A DNA stretch of 64,000 bases from an uncultured Nitrospiraceae bacterium (GTDB taxonomy: Bacteria; Nitrospirota; Nitrospiria; Nitrospirales; Nitrospiraceae): NCBI GenBank assembly GCA_963730935.1, contig CAVSTP010000002.1, forward strand, positions 512,001 through 576,000. The letters run 5' to 3'. The position numbers and the translations under genes were made by a program. Each line of letters starts with the position of its first letter. The stretch's first letter is position 1. Shown here piece by piece: positions 10,908 to 20,332 of this stretch. The notes beneath the pieces were generated by a model. That model saw only the letters and a program-made list of their open reading frames with translations. It was not told where the DNA came from and did no database searches.

Positions 10908-11426
10908 ATGAAATTTCCAGTAACCACCACTCCGGGACATCACGGGAAAAACCTGGAGATTGACCCGGACCGCGAAATCATTTCACTTCACAATGGCAAC
11001 GGAGCGGTACTTGGGGCGGTGTCGTGGGGCGATGTCATCGAGCGCATCGTCAATGCTGACGATGATGTCCGCTTCGCACATGCACGGGCGCATGCGCGCG
11101 CCCCATTGGCGGTAAAAGTCAAATATACGACGCCGGAGGGCAAGCAGTTTGACAGCCTGACGGGCGGAATCGGCGGCGGTGGACTCTTCATCGAGAGCAG
11201 CCAGCCCTTGGCGCCGGGCACCGAACTCGCCGTTGAGTTCGCACTTCCGGATCGGCCGTGGGAAAAGCACAAAGCCAAAGCTAAAGTGGCCTGGACTCGA
11301 AATAAGCCCGAACGCTTTCTCCTCTTTCCCGGGATGGGAATTCAATTTACCGAAATCGAGGAAAAGTCTCGCCACGACCTCGTTGAACTGGTTTCCGCGC
11401 TCAATCGTTCGCGCGTAACGCCTTGA
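10908..11426 (+). CDS. PilZ-domain protein, tandem paralog
   Basis: Colinear with previous gene (KY.TPEG.QF.S..GGIGGGGLFIES, PGMG..F); start chosen by alignment (MKFPV vs MKYPV). Confidence 0.8.
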   Translation: MKFPVTTTPGHHGKNLEIDPDREIISLHNGNGAVLGAVSWGDVIERIVNADDDVRFAHARAHARAPLAVKVKYTTPEGKQFDSLTGGIGGGGLFIESSQPLAPGTELAVEFALPDRPWEKHKAKAKVAWTRNKPERFLLFPGMGIQFTEIEEKSRHDLVELVSALNRSRVTP

Positions 11427-12186
11427 GCTCAGCCTCCATCCATCGACGAACCACCTGATCCGTTTCCTTCTCGAGCGCCGTCCATAACAGCGGACGCGTG
11501 TCCTGCCCGCTCAACTCACCCAGGTGATACGCGGCTTCCGTCCGGACGGCAGGGGACGGATCATGGACAAGGCGCTTCGAAAGCGCCGCCGTGACTCGCG
11601 CGTCGCCTGAGAGCCCCAAAGCCGAGACGGCTCCCTGTCGGACCTCTGCATCAGGATCGTCCAGGAGTGGCAGCAGCCACTCGATCACCTGCCCGGTATC
11701 CAGCGATATGAGAGCACGAACGGCAGCACGCCTGATTTGAACGTCGGATGCCCGAAGCAAATGGGCCACCGGCGCGAGTTGAAGGGGTGATGGTTCGATC
11801 TCGCCGATGGCGAGCGCCGCGGCATGCCGAACTCTGTCGTCGGAGTCGTTGAGCAAGCGCGCGAGCCCGACAATCACGGCTCCGTCGTCAGGTGTCGCCA
11901 CACGGCCTAACGCCTGGGCAGTTGCCGCGCGGACTGCCGGCACAGGGTCGGTCAACAACGGTAAGACGGCTGGCAGCGCTGATCGATCGCCGATTTTTCC
12001 CAGCGATTCTACCGCCGTCCTGCGGGTGTCAGGCTGTTCATCCTGTAGCAGCGTGAGTAAGACCACGACCGCGCGCTCGACGGAAGGTGCTTTCGAGTCT
12101 TGTAGACAGCTAAGTTGCGCGGTGCAGGCGATGAGAATGGAGAGAGAAAGAGATGTCGACAGGAAGCGCTGGCCCCACTTTGGCAT
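11401..12186 (-). CDS. HEAT-repeat protein
   Basis: Several D..P.VR..A..ALG repeats after a hydrophobic N-terminus. Confidence 0.8.
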   Translation of the reverse strand: MPKWGQRFLSTSLSLSILIACTAQLSCLQDSKAPSVERAVVVLLTLLQDEQPDTRRTAVESLGKIGDRSALPAVLPLLTDPVPAVRAATAQALGRVATPDDGAVIVGLARLLNDSDDRVRHAAALAIGEIEPSPLQLAPVAHLLRASDVQIRRAAVRALISLDTGQVIEWLLPLLDDPDAEVRQGAVSALGLSGDARVTAALSKRLVHDPSPAVRTEAAYHLGELSGQDTRPLLWTALEKETDQVVRRWMEAELKALRAND

Positions 12187-12188
12187 CT

Positions 12189-12983
12189 CTAGGCCGGCTT
12201 CGGTGGATCTTCCTGGACGGCGGGCATTTCGCGGGCCGCTTCGATCGATTGTTGAATCTCTTTCTGCGCCGCATCCATTTCAGCCTGGATGGTACGCATT
12301 TCAGGATCGACCGAGTTCCGCACGTCTGCCACTGCCTGCTTGAACGTACGCAGCGCGTCTCCGAGTCCCTCTCCCAGGTGTTGCATATCGGCCGGTGAGA
12401 CCCCGCCACCGGACTGCGCGGACTTGGACTTCAACGCCGCCTGCTGCGCCTGAACGCGCGCCACGGCATCCTTGTTCACAATGGCCGATGGCCGTTTCGC
12501 TTGAGGCTTCGATTGCGCGCCTGGAGGGAGAGGAGGATATTGGCCCCGCATCATCGGCGTCGGAGCCGCCGCCCGCTCTTCCATGGTCGGCGGCGCCTGT
12601 CCGGCGGCACTCGCGGCTGGAGACGTTCGTGGGCGTGGAGGCTGAGGCGCCTGAGGACCCATGTTATGCAGCGAAGCGGCCGTCGTCCCCGGGGTCATTT
12701 CCGGCCCGGGGGTATAGGGCGACGTCGGTGTCGGAGCGGCCGGAGGAGCAGTCGGCAGAGCGGCGGCCGGAGCCACACTGGCGTGTTGTACCGAGGCGGG
12801 CAGTGGGAGCGACGCCTCTGGCTGTGGAGCCTCAGGAGGAGGAATGTCGTGCACTTCTTTCTTGAATCCCTTCAGTGCCTTGCCGACTCCTTCCCCTATC
12901 TGAGGCAATTTCCCCGCACCGAAGATAATGAGCACGATGACGAGAATGATGATCAGTTCTGAAATGCCCATTGTCCCGAACAT
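12189..12983 (-). CDS. tatA: TatA/E family translocase subunit with long C-terminal extension
   Basis: ELIIILVIVLIIFGAGKLPQIGEGVGKALKGFKK TatA signature; 264 aa. Confidence 0.8.
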   Translation of the reverse strand: MFGTMGISELIIILVIVLIIFGAGKLPQIGEGVGKALKGFKKEVHDIPPPEAPQPEASLPLPASVQHASVAPAAALPTAPPAAPTPTSPYTPGPEMTPGTTAASLHNMGPQAPQPPRPRTSPAASAAGQAPPTMEERAAAPTPMMRGQYPPLPPGAQSKPQAKRPSAIVNKDAVARVQAQQAALKSKSAQSGGGVSPADMQHLGEGLGDALRTFKQAVADVRNSVDPEMRTIQAEMDAAQKEIQQSIEAAREMPAVQEDPPKPA

Positions 12984-13097
12984 GGTCTAATTCCTTTGTC
13001 GGAAAAGCCTTTTCAGTCGTCTGCCTGGCAGTCAAGGCCAGCAGTCACTCTATAGGCCTGTTCACGGAACTGTCAAGGAATGGATGGCCCCGGAGGA

Positions 13098-14306
13098 CTA
13101 GAGCAAAGGCCCGAGTTCGCTCTGAAGTGGTAACCCGAACACGAGCGCGTCGCGCTCCGTCAGGAAGACATCCAGCTCGCTTCGAATGCCGAACTCTCCC
13201 GGGAGATAGATGCCGGGTTCGATCGAAAAGCACGTACGAGGCATGAGACGTCTGGAGTCTTGTGTTTCAAGTCCGTCGATATTGGCTCCGTTGCCGTGGA
13301 CCTCCTCGCCGATCGAATGGCCGGTCCGATGGACGAACTGAGCACCGTAGCCGGCCGCCTCGATCACGCCGCGGCAGGCTGCATCGACTTCGTAACCGAA
13401 GGGACGCTGCCCCGCTTGCATTTGGGCGCGTACGAACTCGAGGGCGGCCTCACGACCCTGCCTGACGATGCCGAACACCGTTCGATGCTTCTCGGGCACT
13501 GTCGCACCGGCATAGGCAGTCCAGGTGATGTCGGCATACACCGAACCGGCGGCGGCCTGTTTCGCCCAGAGATCAATCAGCACCAAATCATCCCGTGTGA
13601 TGGTCGAAGAACCAGTCGCCGCCGGAGCGTAGTGCGGATCCGCGCTGTGTTCGTTCACGGCGGCGATCGGAGCACTGGATGTGATCATGCCGGCGTCACT
13701 GATGCGGGACAGAATGAATTGTTGCAATCCGTACTCCGTCAAACCCTGACCCTTGCCGACAGCTTCGCGGACGCGATCGAACGCCTCATCGACGATGCGT
13801 CTCAGCGCTGCGGCGGCATATTGATGCGAGTCCAACTGCCGATCGGTCCAGCGCGCTTCGAACAGCTGGATCAGATCCCCCGAGCTCATCACTTCCACTC
13901 CAAAGCTCCTTACCAATTCCATGGTGCCGGCATCCACACGGGAGACATACGGCACGGCGTTCATCGGGGAGTACTGCATGGCGATGCGACGGCTCCCAGT
14001 CAAGAGGCGTCCCAGAAGTTCCCGTTGTTGGTCCCAGGAGACGTAGGCGTTCGAATGGCCCGGGAGCAGATCCAGCACATGAGGCTCAATACGATGCAGC
14101 AATTTTTGGGGAGACGCTTGAGCGGGAATCCAATAATACCAGCGCCTGGTCACATGTATTTGCGGGTCGAGCAGGAGCACGCGGTATGCGAGAGGATCGC
14201 TGCCTCGGAAATCGTAAAACAGCCAGCCGTCGAGCGTGTGCTCGCGCAGAACCCGTTGGATCTCGAGCACTCTCGTTTCGTGTGCCGTGCTGTGCATGAA
14301 CGGCAT
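13098..14306 (-). CDS. Xaa-Pro aminopeptidase, M24 family
   Basis: LIDLW, YADITWT, HRTGHSIG, FSIEPGIY, GIRSE metal-ligand motifs; start approximate. Confidence 0.9.
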   Translation of the reverse strand: MPFMHSTAHETRVLEIQRVLREHTLDGWLFYDFRGSDPLAYRVLLLDPQIHVTRRWYYWIPAQASPQKLLHRIEPHVLDLLPGHSNAYVSWDQQRELLGRLLTGSRRIAMQYSPMNAVPYVSRVDAGTMELVRSFGVEVMSSGDLIQLFEARWTDRQLDSHQYAAAALRRIVDEAFDRVREAVGKGQGLTEYGLQQFILSRISDAGMITSSAPIAAVNEHSADPHYAPAATGSSTITRDDLVLIDLWAKQAAAGSVYADITWTAYAGATVPEKHRTVFGIVRQGREAALEFVRAQMQAGQRPFGYEVDAACRGVIEAAGYGAQFVHRTGHSIGEEVHGNGANIDGLETQDSRRLMPRTCFSIEPGIYLPGEFGIRSELDVFLTERDALVFGLPLQSELGPLL

Positions 14307-14379
14307 CTTATCGTCGCCGTTCCCGGTGGTCAACGAACCGCAGGCGGCAAGACACCGCATACGTGGTACAATGCCTCCC

Positions 14380-14841
14380 ATGACGATAGACTCTGCATCC
14401 GATCTGTCGCAGTTCCGTGTGACACTGTTCGTCGGCCCGCAACAGGTGCAGGGGAAACCCTTCACTTACTCGACGGTCTATAACGTGAAAAAGCGCAGCT
14501 GGAAGGGCGGGATCCAGGTGGCGGTGGAATTGAGCCAGACACAGGTCGACCAACTCAGCGGTGCCGTCGGCTTCTCGCAATGGTTGGAAACGGCCCTCAC
14601 CGTGGTTCCCGCGGAAGAGTGTGCCTCTTATAATGATCGGGCACAGGAACTGCTGGTTCAAGCCCTCGCATGGTGCAAGCTGGATCTGTTGTTGCAATCC
14701 GGCATCACTCAGCAGAATCAATGTCTCACCGCCGACACATTCGTTGCCGAATTAAACGGAATTGCCCTGAAAAAGCAGGACTTCATCTTCTCCCATGTCG
14801 CGTCAGAACTGGATCTTCTCCCACATAATCCACGCTGTTAA
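14380..14841 (+). CDS. Hypothetical protein
   Basis: Fills the gap divergent from the M24 gene; plausible composition; start approximate. Confidence 0.6.
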   Translation: MTIDSASDLSQFRVTLFVGPQQVQGKPFTYSTVYNVKKRSWKGGIQVAVELSQTQVDQLSGAVGFSQWLETALTVVPAEECASYNDRAQELLVQALAWCKLDLLLQSGITQQNQCLTADTFVAELNGIALKKQDFIFSHVASELDLLPHNPRC

Positions 14842-14979
14842 ATGTCCCATCCCGGTTCGTGGTAGGGGGTTTGCAAGCACGGTCGAATTTGTTATAACGC
14901 CACATCGCGCGGCGTCCGGTATGCCGTGCAGGATTTCAGCGGGTACGGCCCGGCTCACTTTGTAGAAGGAGGACCCTCC

Positions 14980-15435
14980 GTGAAATTACACCTGCTCACA
15001 TCGACGGGTTTTGCAGCTGCATCCCGACTCGTCGCCATCAGTCTTGTGGTCGCTCTCTGCACCGTGCTGACGGTGCCCTCGGCTTGGAGCCAGGAGCCCG
15101 TCGCGCCCGCCTCGAGCGACAGCACGGAAGGCGGAAGCGCATCCAGCGCGGGCATGGGCGCCGCAGCCGGCTTATCGACGTTGCTGTATCTTCCCTTGAA
15201 GGCGGCCTTTGCGATTGGCGGAGGCGTCGTCGGTGGTTTGGCCTATGCGTTCTCCGGTGGGAACGAGACCGCCGCGAAGAGTATCTGGACGACCAGCATG
15301 TACGGCACGTACATCATCACGCCCGAACACCTGCGTGGAGATAGGCCCATTCGTTTTCTCGGCGTCCCTGAAACTGATACCTCGGCTACGGCCATCGCCC
15401 CCCTGGAGCCTGCGCCCATGGAACCCGTTCGCTGA
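14980..15435 (+). CDS. Hypothetical exported/membrane protein
   Basis: AGGAGG RBS with GTG start; signal peptide; Gly/Ala-rich hydrophobic segment. Confidence 0.65.
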   Translation: MKLHLLTSTGFAAASRLVAISLVVALCTVLTVPSAWSQEPVAPASSDSTEGGSASSAGMGAAAGLSTLLYLPLKAAFAIGGGVVGGLAYAFSGGNETAAKSIWTTSMYGTYIITPEHLRGDRPIRFLGVPETDTSATAIAPLEPAPMEPVR

Positions 15436-15438
15436 ACG

Positions 15439-16179
15439 ATGAAACCGCTCATCGGCGTGACACCAGACTTCAACGCCGGTGACCGAAAAGAATGGGGCGG
15501 GCGAGAACCCACCTACTTTCTGCGCGCACGTTATATCCGTGCGATCGAAGACCTGGGTGGTATCCCTATCGTGCTTCCGCTGGTCGCGGATCTGGCTGCT
15601 CGTCGCCGTCTGCTGACCTCTATTGATGGCCTCCTGCTGACCGGCAGCGGTCCAGATCTCGCGCCGGAGCTCTACGGCGAACGCCAGCGGTACAAGTTTC
15701 GCGTGATGAGCCAGCGCCGCGCCACCTTCGAGCTCGAGATGGCGCAGTTGGCCAGAACGGCTGATCTGCCCCTGTTGGGCATCTGCGGAGGGATGCAGGC
15801 GCTCAACGTGGCATTCGGCGGCAGCCTGTATCAAGACATCGGATCGCAGCGGCCTCATCCGCTTCAACACCGCCAATCGGCTCCAGCGACGCAGCTCAGT
15901 CATCCGGTCAAGATCACTCAGAAAAGCCTTCTGCATCGGATCGTCAAGACCGGGACCATGCGCGTCAACAGCTCCCATCATCAATCGGTCAAGGATGTCG
16001 CCCCGTCGCTCCAGGCCAGTGCACGGGCCCCGGACGGCATCATCGAAGCCATTGAATCCTCCGCCCAGCGGTTCCTGCTCGGCATCCAATGGCACCCGGA
16101 ATTTCTCTTCGACCGTCACCATCGCCATCGCCGGCTGTTCGAGGCCTTCCTCGAAGCAGCCAGGCGCCGAGGACGCTGA
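15439..16179 (+). CDS. Gamma-glutamyl-GABA hydrolase family (peptidase C26)
   Basis: KPLIGV, DGLLLTG, LGICGGMQ nucleophile, VNSSHHQ, GIQWHPE. Confidence 0.9.
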   Translation: MKPLIGVTPDFNAGDRKEWGGREPTYFLRARYIRAIEDLGGIPIVLPLVADLAARRRLLTSIDGLLLTGSGPDLAPELYGERQRYKFRVMSQRRATFELEMAQLARTADLPLLGICGGMQALNVAFGGSLYQDIGSQRPHPLQHRQSAPATQLSHPVKITQKSLLHRIVKTGTMRVNSSHHQSVKDVAPSLQASARAPDGIIEAIESSAQRFLLGIQWHPEFLFDRHHRHRRLFEAFLEAARRRGR

Positions 16180-16294
16180 TGTCGCCCGCGTTCAATGCAT
16201 ACCTCCACCCGCCTGCTATACTTGAAACAATATGGACCGTGACGATGTCCTCAGCCGGCCATCCCTGGCCCCACCCGCCGACGTTCGAGGCTCG

Positions 16295-17731
16295 GTGATC
16301 ACTCATCTGTTTCGAATCAAGCCGATCGAACAGATTCTTGCCGACGCCGACCTCCCGACCCACCGGCTCAAGAAATCCCTGACGGCCTGGGATCTGACGT
16401 GCCTCGGTATCGGCGCCATCATTGGAACCGGAATCTTTGTGTTGATCGGAACGGCCATTGTCGGTGATGCCCATCGGCCCGGCGCGGGTCCCGGCATCGT
16501 CCTGTCATTCATCTTGTCGGGATTGACCTGTGCGCTCGCCGCCCTCTGCTACGCAGAAATGTCGGCAATGATCCCGGTCGCCGGCAGCGCATATACCTTT
16601 TCCTATGCCACGCTTGGAGAGCTACTGGCCTGGCTGACCGGCTGGAATCTGATTCTCGAGTATGGAGTCGCCTGTGTGGCAGTGGCGATCGGCTGGTCCG
16701 GCTATTTCAACAATCTGTTGCAGTTGGCAGGCATCGACCTACCGGTCTGGGCGACTAGGGCTCCAGGAGGCCCGGAGGGAGGTATAGCCAACATTCCCGC
16801 GGCGCTGATTGTACTTCTCGTGACCATCATCCTCGTCGTCGGTATCAAAGAAAGCGCGAGGGCGACCGGTGTGGTTGTTCTGATCAAGCTTGCCGTGATC
16901 CTGTTTTTCATCGCGATCGGCAGTACGTCCATTGATCCCGCCAATTGGACGCCATTCATGCCGCAGGGGTTCGCGGGAGTCGGCGCAGCGGCAGCCATCG
17001 TGTTCTTTGCCTATATTGGCTTTGACGCTGTATCGACCGCCGCCGAGGAGGCCAAGAACCCCACCCGCGATGTCCCGATCGGCATTATCGCGTCGTTGAG
17101 CGTCTGCACCTTCCTCTATATCGCGGTGGCCGCCGTGCTCACCGGATTGATTCCGTCGTCGCAGATCGACATTCACGCGCCGGTGGCTGAAGCGCTGAGG
17201 CTGGTGGGATTTAAATGGGGAGCGGCGGTGATTGCGATCGGAGCGGTCGCCGGCATCACGAGCGTGCTGGTCGTCATGATGCTCGGCCAGATTCGCGTGT
17301 TCTTCGCTATGTCGCGGGATCAACTCTTAGGCACCTGGCTCTCGAAGGTCCATCCCCGGTTCGGCACACCGCACCGCGCCACGATCTTGACCGGCATCGC
17401 CGTGGCGATCCTGTCGGCATTCATTCCCATCGGAGAGGCCGCCGACATGACTAACATCGGCACCTTCTTCGCCTTTGTGTTGGTCTGTATTGGCGTGATC
17501 GTGCTGCGCTACACGAGGCCGGACCAACCTCGGCCGTTTCGTGTGCCATTCATGCCGCTCGTCCCGATTCTGGGAACAATGGCCTGTCTCGGGCTGATGT
17601 GGCAACTTCCTCAGCTGACGTGGCTCCGCTTCGGCGTCTGGACCATCATCGGTATCGTCATCTACCTGGCCTACGGCTTGAAGCACAGCAAATTGTCAGC
17701 GCAAGCCATTAAGCCTGCCTCTCAATCCTGA
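16295..17731 (+). CDS. APC-family amino acid permease
   Basis: GIGAIIGTGIF, CYAEM..MIPVAGSAY, FAYIGFD, AEEAKNP; many TM helices. Confidence 0.92.
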   Translation: MITHLFRIKPIEQILADADLPTHRLKKSLTAWDLTCLGIGAIIGTGIFVLIGTAIVGDAHRPGAGPGIVLSFILSGLTCALAALCYAEMSAMIPVAGSAYTFSYATLGELLAWLTGWNLILEYGVACVAVAIGWSGYFNNLLQLAGIDLPVWATRAPGGPEGGIANIPAALIVLLVTIILVVGIKESARATGVVVLIKLAVILFFIAIGSTSIDPANWTPFMPQGFAGVGAAAAIVFFAYIGFDAVSTAAEEAKNPTRDVPIGIIASLSVCTFLYIAVAAVLTGLIPSSQIDIHAPVAEALRLVGFKWGAAVIAIGAVAGITSVLVVMMLGQIRVFFAMSRDQLLGTWLSKVHPRFGTPHRATILTGIAVAILSAFIPIGEAADMTNIGTFFAFVLVCIGVIVLRYTRPDQPRPFRVPFMPLVPILGTMACLGLMWQLPQLTWLRFGVWTIIGIVIYLAYGLKHSKLSAQAIKPASQS

Positions 17732-17795
17732 GCTCCCTCTCCCACTCACATATCTCTGAGGCCGAGGAGGCGACGAGAACGTTTCCGTGACCGTC

Positions 17796-18209
17796 CTATG
17801 AATTGGATTCGTCCGTCGCTTGCTGGGAAGGAGCGGCTGCTGTTGGGGCCGAAGCGGACGCTGGTTTGGCATTCGAGGGTGCGCTGGGTGCCGCAGCGCC
17901 GGCCGGAGCGGCCGGCTTGGGAGCGGCAGGTGGTTTGGGAGGCGCAGGTTTCTCGGGTTTGATGCCGCCTTCCCAGGATGGACCCGAATACATGTCGGCT
18001 GAAAGCCCCTTGGCTTTCCATTTCTCCTCGAAGTCCGCCGCTGCCTTGTTGGGCGACTCGCCGATCCCTACCACCACATTCCAGGGGTAGACTTTCGGGC
18101 CGATCTGGCAGGAGCTATCGGATCGTTTCAGATACAGGGCAATAGGATTTCCCCGGTACGGGCCGAGGTAAATATGCACGGACCCGACGTATTCCAGTAA
18201 TGACGCCAT
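17796..18209 (-). CDS. Hypothetical protein with Pro/Ala-rich tail
   Basis: GGAGAGG RBS; globular N-terminal part then PAAPKPAAP tail. Confidence 0.65.
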   Translation of the reverse strand: MASLLEYVGSVHIYLGPYRGNPIALYLKRSDSSCQIGPKVYPWNVVVGIGESPNKAAADFEEKWKAKGLSADMYSGPSWEGGIKPEKPAPPKPPAAPKPAAPAGAAAPSAPSNAKPASASAPTAAAPSQQATDESNS

Positions 18210-18290
18210 GGCCTCTCCAGGGAGGGGCATGATGCCACAACCGGCAGGGGGAGGCAAGAAGGCGGCCTGTCTGGCTACCGCGGAGTCGTA

Positions 18291-18773
18291 CTAGGAAGAC
18301 ACGGCCAACGATTGAGCCGGACGTTTGCGTACGAGGAAGACGCCCACCACCAGGACCATGATGACCGTCACGTTCAAGCCGACGTCCATGAGGTATTGAT
18401 AAAACTGAGTTTCAGTCATGTTGAGCTGGTGGGAGAGCTCCGCACTGGCGGTGAGCACCCGCCTGGTGCAGGCGATGATGCCAACCGCCAGGTAGGGTTC
18501 CAAGTCGAGCACTTCAGTCTGCAGGAACCGGATGACGGTTCTGAACAGCTCGAGCAAAATGATTACGAGCAGCAGGTCGTTCAAGAGCTTCAAGCCGGAA
18601 GGCAGAAGCCCGGCGACACCCGCCTTCGTCATGAAGACGTACCAGGCATGGGCGAAGATGAGCATGCCGAGCACGAGTAGACTGAAGCCTGCCGTCAGAT
18701 AACCGAGCCGGTCGAGCCACTCCATCACGCCGCACCAGCGCTTCATCACTTCCTTACGGTCCTGCATGGGCAC
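18291..18773 (-). CDS. PsiE-like (phosphate-starvation-inducible E) membrane protein
   Basis: Four TM helices, LL..I.LELFRT...EPYL..GIIA..RRVL pattern. Confidence 0.75.
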   Translation of the reverse strand: MPMQDRKEVMKRWCGVMEWLDRLGYLTAGFSLLVLGMLIFAHAWYVFMTKAGVAGLLPSGLKLLNDLLLVIILLELFRTVIRFLQTEVLDLEPYLAVGIIACTRRVLTASAELSHQLNMTETQFYQYLMDVGLNVTVIMVLVVGVFLVRKRPAQSLAVSS

Positions 18774-18787
18774 CTCCGTGAGATGGA

Positions 18788-19174
18788 CTATGCATTCCCT
18801 TCCGGCGCGTTCGGCGGCGGCTCCGATCCTCTCATTTGGTCATAGCGCAGCTCTCGCTTAGAACTGAGCGTCAACGAATGGCCGCAGCATCGAATCTCTT
18901 TGAAGCCAGCCCCGCCGTCCATGATCATGACCCGCAGGCCGCATGAGTCCGGGTACAGTTTCTTTTCGTCGAGAATCATGGCCGCAGGAAGCTGGCCGCG
19001 CTTTCGCCCTTTTGACGTGATCAGCGAGGGGACAAGATCCGTCTCGGTCAATTCATGGTCACAGCAGATGATTTTCTCGAACCCTTCGCCGCCGCCCATG
19101 ACTTTGAGGACGAGCCCGCAGGACTCGGGATGCTGTTTGCGTTCGTCGATGACATCGCCTTTTTTGAGACCCAT
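18788..19174 (-). CDS. Small protein with two desulforedoxin-like Cys repeats
   Basis: Two copies of DE.K..P.SCGL.....GG.GF..I.CC.H.LT; start at MGLKKGD chosen to avoid the nagZ overlap. Confidence 0.65.
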   Translation of the reverse strand: MGLKKGDVIDERKQHPESCGLVLKVMGGGEGFEKIICCDHELTETDLVPSLITSKGRKRGQLPAAMILDEKKLYPDSCGLRVMIMDGGAGFKEIRCCGHSLTLSSKRELRYDQMRGSEPPPNAPEGNA

Positions 19175-19203
19175 GAGCACCGACTCGCTGTTCGGGTTGA
19201 CGG

Positions 19204-20331
19204 CTAGACGACCTTCGCTGTGGATTTCCTCTCCATGCGGAGATTCGCCTGCCGGATGCTCTGCAACAGCGCTTGGTGCGTCCGGCACCCGGCGATCACC
19301 TTCGCGTCGGAGATCACCGCCGGCCGATACGGCAGGAGATAGCGCTGCTTGATCCGCTGGATGCGTGCCACTGACTGATCCAGCCGCGACGTGTCGATCG
19401 TCCCTGACGCAACGGCCTTCTCCATTGCCTCGAACGCGGCAATCTCTCGGTCGCGCTCTTTGCAGATCAAGAGCATGTCACAACCCGCCAGAAACGCCCG
19501 CACCGCTGCCTCCCCAGGTCCATAATGGTCGACGATCGCGTGCATCTCGAGATCGTCCGTGAGCACAACCCCGTCGTAGCCCATCTGTTTGCGTAGGAGG
19601 TGTGTGATGACGTTGGGAGAGAGGGTTGCGGGAAGCTGGTCATCCAGCGACTTGTAGAGGACATGGGCCGTCATCAGCGCCGCAATGCCTGCCGTGGCGG
19701 CACGGCGGAACGGAGGAAACTCAACGACTTCCAACCGCTCTCGGGGCGCCTCAACCACCGGCAGCTCTTTGTGCGAGTCGGCGTTCGTGTCGCCATGGCC
19801 TGGGAAATGTTTGCCGCAGGCCACAACCCTGGAATCTTGAAGCCCGGCAGCGGTGACCAATCCCATTTCGATCACGGTGTCGGCCGAGGAGCCGAAGGCC
19901 CGGTCGCCGATGACGGGATTGTCGGGATTGCTGTTGACGTCCAACACCGGCGCCATGTTCATATTGATGCCGACGGCTCTCAGCTCTTTGGCAATCGTCG
20001 CGGCAGCCGCATAGGCCAGCTCGCCGGAATGGCATTGGCCGATGAGTTCGCCGGGAGGGAAAATGGTAAAGCCCTTGGGCAGGCGCGAGACCCGACCACC
20101 TTCCTGATCGATCGAAATCAACAAGGGTGATTTCGAACTGCATTGCTGGAGGTCGTTCGTCAGCTGGACAATCTGCTCGACCGATTCTAGATTCCTCGAG
20201 AAGAGAATGACGCCGCCCGGCTTGTAATCCTTGAGGAAAGCGGCCAGATCCGGGGTCACGTTCGTACCCAGGAAGCCGACCATGAAGAGCTGCCCGATCT
20301 TCTCGCGTGACGTCAGTTCGAGACGCGCCAC
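19204..20331 (-). CDS. nagZ: Beta-N-acetylhexosaminidase (GH3)
   Basis: IDQEGGRV, APVLDV, KHFPGHG..ADSH, TDDLEM. Confidence 0.93.
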   Translation of the reverse strand: MARLELTSREKIGQLFMVGFLGTNVTPDLAAFLKDYKPGGVILFSRNLESVEQIVQLTNDLQQCSSKSPLLISIDQEGGRVSRLPKGFTIFPPGELIGQCHSGELAYAAAATIAKELRAVGINMNMAPVLDVNSNPDNPVIGDRAFGSSADTVIEMGLVTAAGLQDSRVVACGKHFPGHGDTNADSHKELPVVEAPRERLEVVEFPPFRRAATAGIAALMTAHVLYKSLDDQLPATLSPNVITHLLRKQMGYDGVVLTDDLEMHAIVDHYGPGEAAVRAFLAGCDMLLICKERDREIAAFEAMEKAVASGTIDTSRLDQSVARIQRIKQRYLLPYRPAVISDAKVIAGCRTHQALLQSIRQANLRMERKSTAKVV

Positions 20332-20332
20332 G

